A stretch of DNA of 64,000 nt from the NCBI GenBank assembly GCA_036821185.1, contig DAISKD010000004.1:6063-70062 (forward strand), read 5' to 3'. Positions 1 to 8,906 of the stretch are shown here, in pieces. The notes beneath the pieces were generated by a model. It saw only the letters and a list, made by a program, of their open reading frames with translations. It was not told where the DNA came from and ran no database searches. The DNA is from Chloroflexota bacterium (GTDB lineage Bacteria; Chloroflexota; Dehalococcoidia; GIF9; UBA5629). A program made the position numbers and the translations under genes. Every line of letters starts with the position of its first letter. Within the stretch, counting starts at the first letter, position 1.

Positions 1-2
1 CT

Positions 3-893
3 GGTACTGCCGACGACTGTGGTGGCAACATAACACACCATATCCTCGACCAGCCTCATCATATCGGTATAGTCAGCGTAGGCCTCGTAGGCCTCCAGCA
101 TGGTGAACTCCGGGTTGTGCTTGGTGGAGATGCCCTCGTTGCGAAACACCCGCCCGATCTCAAACACCTTGTCAAACCCCCCAACCACCAGCCTCTTCAG
201 ATGGAGTTCCAGCGCAATGCGCAGATAAAGTTCCTCGTCCAGCGCCTCGTGGTGAGTCTTAAAACGACGGGCTAAAGCGCCACCAGCCACCGGCTGCAGC
301 ACCGGCGTCTCCACCTCGATAAACCCTCTCTGAACAAGAAACTCGCGTACAGCAGAGACTATCCGGCTTCTCGCCGCAAACAGGGACCTTGTCTCCTGGT
401 TGGCAATCAGGTCTAGGTATCTCCTCCGGTACCGCTTCTCCACATCCACCAGACCGTGCCATTTCTCTGGCAGTGGCTGAAGCGACTTGCACAGGATGGT
501 AAAATCGGCGACATCTAGAGTGACCTCGCCCGTCTTAGTACGGAAAAGGCTTCCCGTTACCCCTATGATATCACCGATATCAAGCTGGCGGAGCAACTCA
601 TATCCGCTGTCGCCAAGCCGCTCCCGAGTGAGGAACAACTGTATTTTCTCCGAGCCATCGCGCAAATCGAAAAAGGCTACCTTCCCCATGAAGCGGATGG
701 CAGTGACACGCCCGGCAAGCCTCAGTTCCGGCGGGGAGGACAGCTTCCCGGCCTCCACCTGGCGAAATAACTCCAGGGCCTCCTTGCAGGTATGTGTCCG
801 GCGATAAGAATGCGGGTAAGGTTCAATCCCCCGCTCCCTGAGCCTCTCCAGCTTCTCCAGCCGCTGCCGTGCTATCTGCTCCAGTCGCGCCAT
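3..893 (-). CDS. lysS: Lysine--tRNA ligase, class II (5' part; runs off the left edge)
   Basis: Manual translation from ATG at 893: [27 protein letters not shown]...[17 protein letters not shown]...[10 protein letters not shown]...[23 protein letters not shown]...FIEVETPVL...[48 protein letters not shown]. Not in the ORF track because no stop falls in the window. Confidence 0.97.
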   Translation of the reverse strand, partial: MARLEQIARQRLEKLERLRERGIEPYPHSYRRTHTCKEALELFRQVEAGKLSSPPELRLAGRVTAIRFMGKVAFFDLRDGSEKIQLFLTRERLGDSGYELLRQLDIGDIIGVTGSLFRTKTGEVTLDVADFTILCKSLQPLPEKWHGLVDVEKRYRRRYLDLIANQETRSLFAARSRIVSAVREFLVQRGFIEVETPVLQPVAGGALARRFKTHHEALDEELYLRIALELHLKRLVVGGFDKVFEIGRVFRNEGISTKHNPEFTMLEAYEAYADYTDMMRLVEDMVCYVATTVVGST

Positions 894-940
894 AGACTAC
901 CCGATAACCAAAATACCATTCACACTTCCGTGTCAACCGC

Positions 941-1417
941 CTAGCTTACATCCATGATAAGCAGCTTCAGCACCCCAGCCGGCGTCCGCACGTCGACCTG
1001 ATCGCCGATCCGTTTCCCCAGCAATGCCCTCCCCACTGGTGACTCGTTAGAAATCTTTCCCTCAATAGGATTGGCTTCGGTGCTGCCTACTATAGTGTAT
1101 TGCTCTATCTTGCCATCCTGGTTCTGTATCAGTACCTTATTTCCCAGCTCGACCACCCCGGGCACTGCCGGTGACTCTATGATCGTTGCATTCTTGATAA
1201 TATTCTCCAGCACCAGAATCCTGCCCTCAACAAAAGATTGCTCATTCTTGGCGTCCTCATATTCAGCATTGTTCTCAGTACCCCCCATCTCCCTCGCCCG
1301 TTTTATCTTCTGGGCGACTTCCACCCTGCGTACCGTCAACAAATGCTGTAGCTCCGCCTCAAGTTTAGCCAGACCTTCTTTTGTAATGAGGAACTTCTTC
1401 TGCGCCATGATAGCCAA
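941..1417 (-). CDS. greA: Transcription elongation factor GreA
   Basis: ENNAEYEDAKNEQSFVEGRI and KISNESPVGRALLG motifs. Start is TTG 1417 or ATG 1408. Confidence 0.97.
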   Translation of the reverse strand: MAIMAQKKFLITKEGLAKLEAELQHLLTVRRVEVAQKIKRAREMGGTENNAEYEDAKNEQSFVEGRILVLENIIKNATIIESPAVPGVVELGNKVLIQNQDGKIEQYTIVGSTEANPIEGKISNESPVGRALLGKRIGDQVDVRTPAGVLKLLIMDVS

Positions 1418-1437
1418 CCCCCTCTCCAGAAGCTAGT

Positions 1438-1471
1438 AAAAAAACTGAGAGCTTTACAGACACTCTCAGTT
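1438..1471 (-). terminator. Intrinsic terminator in the greA 5' leader (attenuator-like)
   Basis: Perfect 9-bp stem AACTGAGAG/CTCTCAGTT (1463-1471/1443-1451) with an 11-nt loop and a T-run to 1438 on the minus strand; lies between the promoter and the greA start. Confidence 0.8.
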
Positions 1472-1491
1472 ACCTCGGATGACGTGGACAT

Positions 1492-1520
1492 ATTATAGGC
1501 GCATATAAGCCGGTTGTAAA
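1492..1520 (-). promoter_or_regulatory. sigma70-type promoter for greA-lysS
   Basis: TTTACA (1520-1515), 17 bp, TATAAT (1497-1492). Confidence 0.75.
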
Positions 1521-1543
1521 GTCACTGGGGCAACGATTATAAT
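1514..1543 (+). promoter_or_regulatory. Divergent sigma70-type promoter for the DRTGG gene, overlapping the greA -35
   Basis: TTGTAA (1514-1519), 18 bp, TATAAT (1538-1543). Confidence 0.55.
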
Positions 1544-1588
1544 ATCTGCGCGCTACTGGCTACTCATCAACGCATACAGGGGAAAAGT

Positions 1589-2659
1589 GTGGTAACACCG
1601 CTATACGTCGCCTCCTCAGAGACCGCATGTGGAAGCACCACGTTGTGCGCTGGCATCGGCAAGAAGTTGATGGCTCGGAAAAAGGTCGGCTTTCTTATCC
1701 CCGTTAGGTTCCACGACGCTAAAGCTACCGGCGACCCGCTATCGGACGCTGCCTTCTTCAAAGAAGTATTTCAACTGCCACAAGATATAGAACAAATTTG
1801 CCCACTGGTGTTATCGCCCGCTGAATTATGGCAGTATCTCACAGAAGATTTGCCAGACTTCAGTCAGAAGTTGCAGCAGATATACCAGGACATCGCACGA
1901 GGCAAGGACATGGTCATCATGGAGGGGCTGGGCAACCTAATTAATGACAAGGTCTCCCAACTCGCCTGCTACTCCATCTCCGAAGCACTCGGGGCTAAGG
2001 TGGTCATCGTCCTCCGCTACACCACCAGACCGGAGACAGCCAGGTTGATACACATATGCCGAAAACTGGGCCAAAGCCTGTTGGGTGTGGTCATAAACCT
2101 GACACCCGAGTCAAAAATCGAAGGGGCGAAACAGCATCTCGCCAGGCAGTTTCAGGAGAGCGGCATACCCGTCCTCGGGATATTACCCCAAATTCGCAGT
2201 TTGCTCGGCATCACAGTCGCCGAGCTGAGCAAAGCCCTCGGTGCCGAGCTCATGCCCAATAACGGCGACACAAACGCTCTTATAGAAAATATAATGCTCG
2301 GTGCCGCTACTTCTGGCTCAGGCGTAGACTACTTTGCACATAAAGACAACAAAGCGGTTATCTTGAAAGCAGACCGACCTGATATGCAGCTAGCCGCGCT
2401 GCAGACATCCCTAAGGTGCCTTGTCCTCGTCGGTGCCACCAGCAAACCATCCCCTGCCGTTCTCTCCGCAGCCGAAGAGAAACGGGTGCCGATCATTGCC
2501 GCAGGGAAGAAAGTCCCGCAAGTCCTCGCCGACATCGAAAAGGCGTTGGAAAAGGTTAGCTTTGCCCATCCCGAAAAACTACAAAAGCTGAGCAACATCC
2601 TGGAAAGCCACTTCGACTTTGCTACGCTCTACGCAAAGCTCGGTATCGAGACTAGGTAA
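1589..2659 (+). CDS. Phosphotransacetylase-family protein (BioD-like AAA N-domain + DRTGG domain), no Pta catalytic domain
   Basis: N-terminal SSETACGSTTL P-loop-like segment, DMVIMEG, and VILKADRPDMQLAAL (DRTGG-like); 356 aa. Confidence 0.75.
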   Translation: MVTPLYVASSETACGSTTLCAGIGKKLMARKKVGFLIPVRFHDAKATGDPLSDAAFFKEVFQLPQDIEQICPLVLSPAELWQYLTEDLPDFSQKLQQIYQDIARGKDMVIMEGLGNLINDKVSQLACYSISEALGAKVVIVLRYTTRPETARLIHICRKLGQSLLGVVINLTPESKIEGAKQHLARQFQESGIPVLGILPQIRSLLGITVAELSKALGAELMPNNGDTNALIENIMLGAATSGSGVDYFAHKDNKAVILKADRPDMQLAALQTSLRCLVLVGATSKPSPAVLSAAEEKRVPIIAAGKKVPQVLADIEKALEKVSFAHPEKLQKLSNILESHFDFATLYAKLGIETR

Positions 2660-2885
2660 GCGGCTGTTCGTCAGCTAGAAGCTCCTTGGCAACAGAGGCG
2701 AACGCTGCCGGTACCTTGACCTCCACTTTACCCAACCCATTAACCGTAAACCCGTAGACCAGCCCGATGCTCTCATACCGCAGGACAACCGGTATCCCCT
2801 CACTTTCCAGACGCCCCTTGACTATCTCTGCCTCAGGCTGCCCCCAGGCTACATATACCGTCACCAAATGGTACTCTTCAGGCAA
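2652..2885 (-). CDS. DUF2007-like (P-II/signal-transducing fold) small protein
   Basis: EAEIVKGRLESEGIPVVL...VEVKVP...AKELL pattern. Confidence 0.75.
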   Translation of the reverse strand: MPEEYHLVTVYVAWGQPEAEIVKGRLESEGIPVVLRYESIGLVYGFTVNGLGKVEVKVPAAFASVAKELLADEQPLT

Positions 2886-3023
2886 CTCTTCTACGTCGCC
2901 TCAGCCAGTTGGACTTAGCACACCGTAAGGACTTCAGAATAAACACAAGCCCTGACTACTAGGCAACATACCTTTCGCCAGGGCTTATTAATGGCCTCGT
3001 CCTTACTTAGACCAAAGTCCTAC

Positions 3024-3707
3024 TTATTTCTTGTAGATACCAGGGTTGCTGAGTAGGTTGTCCTGCAGACACCAGGTCAGCGAGCAATGCTCGGTGTGCG
3101 GACAGCCGCTGATGCCCCAGTCACCGCCCTTACCGCCACCGCTGCACTCGCTCACGCCAAAATGGTTCGGGTGGTCGTCGCTAACCCGCGGATGGGCACT
3201 GATGCTGCCTCCTGCCCAGCTCTTGTTGGCGAAAGCCAAGCTCCGGCCCCAGCAGCAACAGCAGGTAGCCAGCTTGTTCTTCAACACTGGCTTTGATGGG
3301 CATTCGACCTCTTTCTGACCGGTGGCTGGACATGCTGCCTTGGAAAGTGAACCTTTACAGGCTGCCGGGTCTGAACAAATCGCAAGACCGCCCTGCTCTA
3401 CATCACGGCAAGCGGGACAGCCGGCGGTAGCACCACAGTCCCTGCTTGGGCAACTTATGCCAAAGAAATCACTGCACCATCTAGTTGGAGCACACAATCC
3501 TGAGAGCCTCGACATCGCCTGAATGGGCGTCCTGCCCCAATTCTTCAAATACAGGTTCCACGAATCAACGTTGTCCTGCCATTTCACCCTGTCCCAGGCG
3601 CCCTTCGCCAGCCCAGCATAAGTATCCTCCGCCGATACCACAGTCGGCATCAACACCAGAGACGATGCCAATGCCACAGCAAACAAAATACTTACTGCTT
3701 TCCTCAA
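3024..3707 (-). CDS. Secreted cysteine-rich hypothetical protein (18 Cys, including CCCC)
   Basis: TTG start with AGGAGG SD; Sec-type signal peptide MRKAVSILFAVALASSLVLMPTVVSA; own promoter upstream. Confidence 0.75.
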   Translation of the reverse strand: MRKAVSILFAVALASSLVLMPTVVSAEDTYAGLAKGAWDRVKWQDNVDSWNLYLKNWGRTPIQAMSRLSGLCAPTRWCSDFFGISCPSRDCGATAGCPACRDVEQGGLAICSDPAACKGSLSKAACPATGQKEVECPSKPVLKNKLATCCCCWGRSLAFANKSWAGGSISAHPRVSDDHPNHFGVSECSGGGKGGDWGISGCPHTEHCSLTWCLQDNLLSNPGIYKK

Positions 3708-3739
3708 TTTGTCACCTCCTTCTTGGCTTTGGTGCCTTG

Positions 3740-3768
3740 ATTTTACAAGGCAAAGACCCTATTGTCAA
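3740..3768 (-). promoter_or_regulatory. sigma70-type promoter for the Cys-rich gene
   Basis: TTGACA (3768-3763), 17 bp, TAAAAT (3745-3740). Confidence 0.75.
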
Positions 3769-3786
3769 GAGGTCTGCCAGCAAAAG

Positions 3787-3817
3787 TCTTGAAAATCAGT
3801 GCTTCAAGATATAAAAT
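3787..3817 (+). promoter_or_regulatory. speD-speE promoter with overlapping palindromic operator candidate
   Basis: TTGAAA (3789-3794), 17 bp, TAAAAT (3812-3817); perfect inverted repeat TCTTGAA-N9-TTCAAGA at 3787-3809. Confidence 0.65.
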
Positions 3818-3896
3818 TACAGCTTGCTGTTGTCAAATACGCAGCAGATAGGAGGTGAGAACTTCACGACAAAATCTTAAAAGGAGGGAAGGTGAT

Positions 3897-4265
3897 TTGA
3901 ATGCACTAGGGAGACACTTGTTACTAGAGTTGAGAGACTGCAATTCGGAGGTGCTCAATGACCTGAAGTTTCTTAAAGAATGCCTTTACCAAGCCGCCAA
4001 GGATATTGGAGCCACCATAGTCAGTGAATGTTTCCACGAATTTAGCCCCCATGGTATTAGCGGCGTGGTCATTATCTCGGAATCACACCTCTGCATCCAT
4101 ACTTGGCCGGAGCACGGGTACGCCGCTGTGGATATATTCACCTGCGGGGATACCGTGGATCCCGAGGGGGCTGTGAAACCACTCGTAGAAAAACTTGGCT
4201 CCAAAAACCCTTCTTTTATTGAAATGAAGAGGGGCATCCTGCAAGACAGCCGAGTCGGAGTGTGA
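3897..4265 (+). CDS. speD: S-adenosylmethionine decarboxylase proenzyme (SpeH/SpeD type)
   Basis: MNALGRHLLLEL, ISESHLCIHTWPE (pyruvoyl self-cleavage site) and AAVDIFTCG. TTG 3897 after AGGAGG is the likely start (track uses GTG 3855). Confidence 0.95.
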   Translation: MNALGRHLLLELRDCNSEVLNDLKFLKECLYQAAKDIGATIVSECFHEFSPHGISGVVIISESHLCIHTWPEHGYAAVDIFTCGDTVDPEGAVKPLVEKLGSKNPSFIEMKRGILQDSRVGV

Positions 4266-5203
4266 ACCAAATGGGCGACCCAGATAGTCCTGATAAAGAT
4301 AAAGGTAACTGGCTATACGACCCAATAAACCCTAACCTCTTCCAGCTCCATAGGATAAAGCGACGGATATACTCGGAGCGGACAGAATTCCAGTATCTGG
4401 AGATAGTGGAAACAGCCAGCTTCGGGATATGCTTGGTACTGGATGGAAGAATCCAGTCCAGCGAGCGCGACGAGTTCATCTATCACGAGGCGCTGGTCCA
4501 CCCGGTCATGCTGGCACATGATAGCCCCCAGACCGTTTTCATCGCCGGGGGAGGCGAAGGTGCCACATTACGAGAGGTGCTAAAGCACAAGACCGTTAAA
4601 AGAGTGGTCATGGTGGATATAGACAGGCGTGTGATAGATGTCTGCCAGCACCATCTTCCTGCTTTTCACCAGGGCTCATTTGAGGATGCCCGCCTCGATC
4701 TCCACTTCGCCGACGCTAGAAAATACCTTGAACAGACCTCGGAAAACTTCGATGTGGCAATAATAGACCTGGTAGAGCCGATAAAAGAGGGACCAGCCTG
4801 CCTGCTGTACACACGGGAATTCTACCAGCTCGTTAGAAGCAGGCTAGCCCCCCGCGGTATTCTTTGCACCCAGTCCAGCGCCGCCGGCTGGGCAAACCTT
4901 TCCCTGTTTACTGCAATAGTCAACACATTGAAAAGCATTTTTCCCATAGCCCGCCCCTACCACATCTATGTCCCCTCATTTGTCGATATGTGGGGGTTCA
5001 CCGCAGCCTCAGAAAGCATCGACGCAAGCAAGCTATCCCCCCGAGAGGTCAACCGCAGAATTGCCACCAGAATGGTAACAAAGCCCAAGTCTTACGACGG
5101 GCTTTCCCATCTGGCTATGTTCACCCTCCCCAGACATATCCGCCGCCGCGTGGCATCCACCCAGAGGATCGCCACGGACAACACCCCCTTTGTCATCCGC
5201 TGA
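4262..5203 (+). CDS. speE: Polyamine aminopropyltransferase (spermidine synthase)
   Basis: LVLDGRIQSSERDEFIYHEALVHP, IAGGGEGATLREV, FDVAIIDL; overlaps the speD stop. Confidence 0.95.
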   Translation: MNQMGDPDSPDKDKGNWLYDPINPNLFQLHRIKRRIYSERTEFQYLEIVETASFGICLVLDGRIQSSERDEFIYHEALVHPVMLAHDSPQTVFIAGGGEGATLREVLKHKTVKRVVMVDIDRRVIDVCQHHLPAFHQGSFEDARLDLHFADARKYLEQTSENFDVAIIDLVEPIKEGPACLLYTREFYQLVRSRLAPRGILCTQSSAAGWANLSLFTAIVNTLKSIFPIARPYHIYVPSFVDMWGFTAASESIDASKLSPREVNRRIATRMVTKPKSYDGLSHLAMFTLPRHIRRRVASTQRIATDNTPFVIR

Positions 5204-5236
5204 TATCTTCAGCACCACCACACTGAAATAAAGTCC

Positions 5237-5776
5237 CTACACCGACTGTCCCACAGAGGGCGTTTCCGGACGAAATATCTCCATGACCAAAAAAGAGTAG
5301 CCCCAGCAGAAAAGGCTCCCGCAGGGGGTAAAGCCACACTTTTTAAAGCACCTCTGTGCCCGTATATTCCAGTCAAGCGTCTTAAGGTACACCCTTCGCA
5401 GATTGGTGTGTGTGAAAATGTACTTCAGCAGGGTAGTAATGGCGTCTGCCCCATAACCACGGTTCCAATAAGCCCGGTTGCCGATCATTATGCCCAGCTC
5501 CGCTTCCCGTTTTCCTTCATCGATATTGAAAAAGCCGCAATTGCCAATATGTTCTCCCTCTAGGGTCTCTATAGCAAACCGCTGCCCTGAGTAATGGTGT
5601 TGCAATTCCCACACATAGTCCTGCAAAAACTCTTTAAAGGAGCAGGTGAGGGGCGAAGCAGCATCAAGACGACATAGTTCGGCATCCCGCCGCCAGGCAT
5701 AGTCGTTAGTTGCGTCCCCGAGGTGTTTTGGGCGTAACCTTACTTTTTCACCAACCAGTGATAACTGCTCAATCAA
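5237..5776 (-). CDS. GNAT N-acetyltransferase, RimJ/RimL (Acetyltransf_3) family
   Basis: AELGIMIGNRAYWNRGYG...NIRAQRCFKKCGF. TTG 5776 overlaps the upstream stop (TTGATTGA). Confidence 0.85.
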   Translation of the reverse strand: MIEQLSLVGEKVRLRPKHLGDATNDYAWRRDAELCRLDAASPLTCSFKEFLQDYVWELQHHYSGQRFAIETLEGEHIGNCGFFNIDEGKREAELGIMIGNRAYWNRGYGADAITTLLKYIFTHTNLRRVYLKTLDWNIRAQRCFKKCGFTPCGSLFCWGYSFLVMEIFRPETPSVGQSV

Positions 5777-6707
5777 GATCGTCCAGCGATTGCGACAATG
5801 GTTCTTCGTTGAAACGCAGCACCTCAAGAGCTGCTTCTGCTGCCTGGCGGATTCGCTCTTCGCTGCTATGCTGTAGCCTTATCAGCGCCTGCTTCGCTTC
5901 CCTTCCACCGATCTCGCCCAACGCCCGTATCGCCGCCTCTTGCACCTCGCTATCGACATCCTCAATTAATCGCAAAAGTTGTGGCACTGCCTCCATAGCC
6001 CCCAGCTCGGCACAGGCGTTGGCTGCTTCATATCTTGCAGCGGGGTCATCGCTCTCAAGCTCATCGAGCAGGAAGTCCAACCACAACATGTCGCAGTTGC
6101 GTCCCATGGTATATATGGCGCTCAGTTTGAATTCGGCACCGCCCTGGCGATATGCCTGCTCTATCAACTCCTTCACCCGCGGCTGGCTGAACACAGAGAT
6201 AGCCTCGAGGGCGCGCCGCCTGACCTGGACAGGCTCCTGTTCGTTGTTAATAACTTCAAGCAAGGCTTCATACACCAGGTCTTTATAGTAAGGAGATATC
6301 TCACCGCACTCAGCAAGCAGGGCAAAATTACCCAGGGCTGTAGCCGCCGCCTCTCGCACTCTAGCTGAACTGTCCTTTCTCAAGCGTTTCACCAGCGGCA
6401 TGATGAGTTGAAAGTTGTCCTCACCTTCCAGACCCAGTACTGCCTGCAACCTCACCGTCTCATCATCATCGCTTAGGCAAGAGACAAACACAGCAGTGAA
6501 GTCCAGTCCTAAGTCTGTCTCACTCAGATGTACCAGCCTCGAAATGATGTCCTTTTTTCGCGCTGAATCCAGCCCCGCCCAGTTAAGTTCGAAAAATTTC
6601 AGCTCTTCAAGTCCCAAGCCCGAGAGACATGCAAGCTCAGAGCTGGTCACCGGACTATCAGAGTTGAGCAGACCGTTTATCCTTTCTATACGCGCTGCCT
6701 GCTGCAT
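5769..6707 (-). CDS. HEAT-repeat (PBS lyase-like) protein
   Basis: Repeated D..VR..A..ALG units (DDDETVRLQAVLGL, SARVREAAATALG, SEVQEAAIRALG). Confidence 0.85.
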   Translation of the reverse strand: MQQAARIERINGLLNSDSPVTSSELACLSGLGLEELKFFELNWAGLDSARKKDIISRLVHLSETDLGLDFTAVFVSCLSDDDETVRLQAVLGLEGEDNFQLIMPLVKRLRKDSSARVREAAATALGNFALLAECGEISPYYKDLVYEALLEVINNEQEPVQVRRRALEAISVFSQPRVKELIEQAYRQGGAEFKLSAIYTMGRNCDMLWLDFLLDELESDDPAARYEAANACAELGAMEAVPQLLRLIEDVDSEVQEAAIRALGEIGGREAKQALIRLQHSSEERIRQAAEAALEVLRFNEEPLSQSLDDLD

Positions 6708-6710
6708 ACC

Positions 6711-7559
6711 TTAGAACTCCTCATCGTCATCCTCTTCTTCCTCACCCTCTCCCTCATCTTCTTCCTCTTCTACCTCTTCCTCGTCTTCCGGAGGCCACAC
6801 TGGCTTGGTATAGCGGTCGATATATTCGCCCATAGCCGCTGCTGCCACTTTTTTTATCTCTTCGTCCGACTCTTTTGCCAGCGCGGCCAGCTCTGCTAGG
6901 TCTATGTTAATGTCCAGTAGTTGCACCAGTACCTCGAGCACCGCCAGAGCGGCTTTAGGATTAGGGATCTTGGTAGTATAAGAAGGGACCTCACCAAGAA
7001 GACATATCCCCTCCACACCACATTCCTTAGCTACGCCAAGAAATAGCCCGTTGAGCCCGGCGATCTGGACATCGCCGCGTAGCACCACGTCATATTTCTT
7101 CAAGACTTCAATAAGCTTCCTGTTTGTGGCTGCTCCCCATACCCTCGGCTTCTCGGTATGATGAATTTTTGCCATAGCCGCAGCAGTAGTATAGACCCTC
7201 TTCACCTTCAGAGTCCTCCCGACATTAAGCACGCGGCGAGCCAGGTCGTAGCCCTTGAAACTGGGTTGTTCTTCACCAATGAACAGCAGTAGACCGCGGT
7301 CAGTGCGGGAGTTATGCCAGTAATAGAACTTGCTTTCTGGAAATCGTGGCGCCTCGATCAGATTGCCCTTCACCATGATGCCGATGGGGTCAAAAAACTC
7401 AAAGGGCTCCAGCTCCCCGATCTCCTCGGCACCCAGTTTATCTTGCAGGTACTTGGCCACAATTAGCCCTACATTACCGATGCCCGGCCAGGCAGCCAGC
7501 ATATCACAAACCTTAGGGTGGACTTCCTTATGCAACTTTATCGGACTTTTTGCCCTCAT
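6711..7559 (-). CDS. PAC2 (proteasome assembly chaperone)-family protein with acidic tail
   Basis: AAWPGIGNVG, IAGLNGLFLG, ICLLGEVP, PNPKAALAVL; 21 of the last 25 residues are D/E. Confidence 0.85.
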   Translation of the reverse strand: MRAKSPIKLHKEVHPKVCDMLAAWPGIGNVGLIVAKYLQDKLGAEEIGELEPFEFFDPIGIMVKGNLIEAPRFPESKFYYWHNSRTDRGLLLFIGEEQPSFKGYDLARRVLNVGRTLKVKRVYTTAAAMAKIHHTEKPRVWGAATNRKLIEVLKKYDVVLRGDVQIAGLNGLFLGVAKECGVEGICLLGEVPSYTTKIPNPKAALAVLEVLVQLLDINIDLAELAALAKESDEEIKKVAAAAMGEYIDRYTKPVWPPEDEEEVEEEEDEGEGEEEEDDDEEF

Positions 7560-7577
7560 GCCCCGATCACCCCCGGT

Positions 7578-8906
7578 CTAACCGCCCTTGGTAGCTACCG
7601 ACAGGCCTCGGCAATACAAACACGGGGTCAGCAACATACCCTCCACCCATCTTCTTTCCTTCCCGATGCCCTCAATCCGATTCAACACCTGGTACACATT
7701 ACCCGATACCATCGTGTCCTTCACCCTGCCTACAATCTCTCCATCCTCCACTTTGTAGCCCAGCAGGACGTTGCCACTGAAATCGCCGTTAAGCACATTT
7801 CCCTGTTCAGCACCCATCACCAGCTCCACCACCAGCCCTTCTTTGACGTCCCTCACCATGTCCCAGAAATTACCGTCCCCCTCGCCAACCACCAGCGAGC
7901 TGGGGTGGGGCGCGGGCAATCCGCCCTGCCGGTTGCCATTGCCAGTGCTCGTGGAACCGGAAAGGGCTGCAGTATGCAGGTCGTAAAGAAAATGGGCCAC
8001 CACCCCACGCTCCACCAGCGCTGTCCGTTGACCGGGCACCCCCTCATCATCACAGGGATAGCTACGGGACTGTAAAGGTAAAGTGGCATCGTCCCACAGG
8101 TTAAACCTGGCATCAAATGCCTGCTCTCCCAACTTGTCTTTCAACGGTGAAGCTCCGTCATAGACGACCTTGCCATTAAACGCTGCTACAAGCGAGGGCA
8201 GGAGACAACTGGCAACTCCATAGGCAGTGAAAATCACCGGCATCGCCCCTCCCTTGATACTTGCATTCCGCTTCGCCAATTCAAGCTGTCTTATCACCTC
8301 CTCAGCCACCGGTTTGAACTCCGTCAGCCGGCGACAAGAGCTCCGACTATCGCCGACAAACAGCATATCCTCTCCCCTGACCAACATACCATCGATGCCT
8401 ATTCTGAAATAACTCTTCCTGTAGCTGGCTTCACCGCCATTAGAGTTAATCAGGCGCACGGAGATGATCCGCTTTGTCACCACAGCATCGCACAAAAGTT
8501 CAGGCGTATGTGACCGAACAACGTCGATAAGCCCTTGCCCCAACTCAGCCATATCCTCGATAGGTACCCCGTCCACTTCGGGGTCAAAGGTCTCCACCGG
8601 TGCATGATCCACCCTCGCAGGAAAAGAAAAACTTTCAGGTACATCGAAGTAGCAAGCCTCCAGTGCCATCTGCACCAGGTCCACCGGCTTAATAAAGCCG
8701 CTTGCCTGGGCAAAGCCAGCTTTGCCTTTTCTTATGATCCTGAGCGCGGTGACGGTGCTCTCCCTGGTTTCCACCTGCTTCAACCGGTTGGCATGAAAAT
8801 GCACTGGCGTCGCCGCCGACACCGTCTGAAACACTTCAGCCTGCTCCGCCACCTCTTTAGCTTTCTCCAGGACCTCTTCTACTATTGTTTGCCTCCCACT
8901 AGACAT
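7578..8906 (-). CDS. pmbA: TldD/PmbA family protein (PmbA/TldE-like subunit)
   Basis: DDEGVPGQRTALVERGVVAHFLYD, GDFSG, VKDTMVSGN; ATG 8906 chosen as start. Confidence 0.8.
   Translation of the reverse strand: MSSGRQTIVEEVLEKAKEVAEQAEVFQTVSAATPVHFHANRLKQVETRESTVTALRIIRKGKAGFAQASGFIKPVDLVQMALEACYFDVPESFSFPARVDHAPVETFDPEVDGVPIEDMAELGQGLIDVVRSHTPELLCDAVVTKRIISVRLINSNGGEASYRKSYFRIGIDGMLVRGEDMLFVGDSRSSCRRLTEFKPVAEEVIRQLELAKRNASIKGGAMPVIFTAYGVASCLLPSLVAAFNGKVVYDGASPLKDKLGEQAFDARFNLWDDATLPLQSRSYPCDDEGVPGQRTALVERGVVAHFLYDLHTAALSGSTSTGNGNRQGGLPAPHPSSLVVGEGDGNFWDMVRDVKEGLVVELVMGAEQGNVLNGDFSGNVLLGYKVEDGEIVGRVKDTMVSGNVYQVLNRIEGIGKERRWVEGMLLTPCLYCRGLSVATKGG

Noticed and set aside
810-840. tRNA T-arm-like GGTTCAATCCC
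   Set aside because: Lies inside lysS coding sequence; no cloverleaf.
6711-6790. Microsatellite-like (TCC/TCT)n tract
   Set aside because: It simply encodes the poly-Glu/Asp tail of the PAC2 protein.
8883-8896. Non-canonical ATA start for pmbA after GGAGG
   Set aside because: An in-frame ATG at 8906 with an AAGGG SD explains initiation without invoking ATA.
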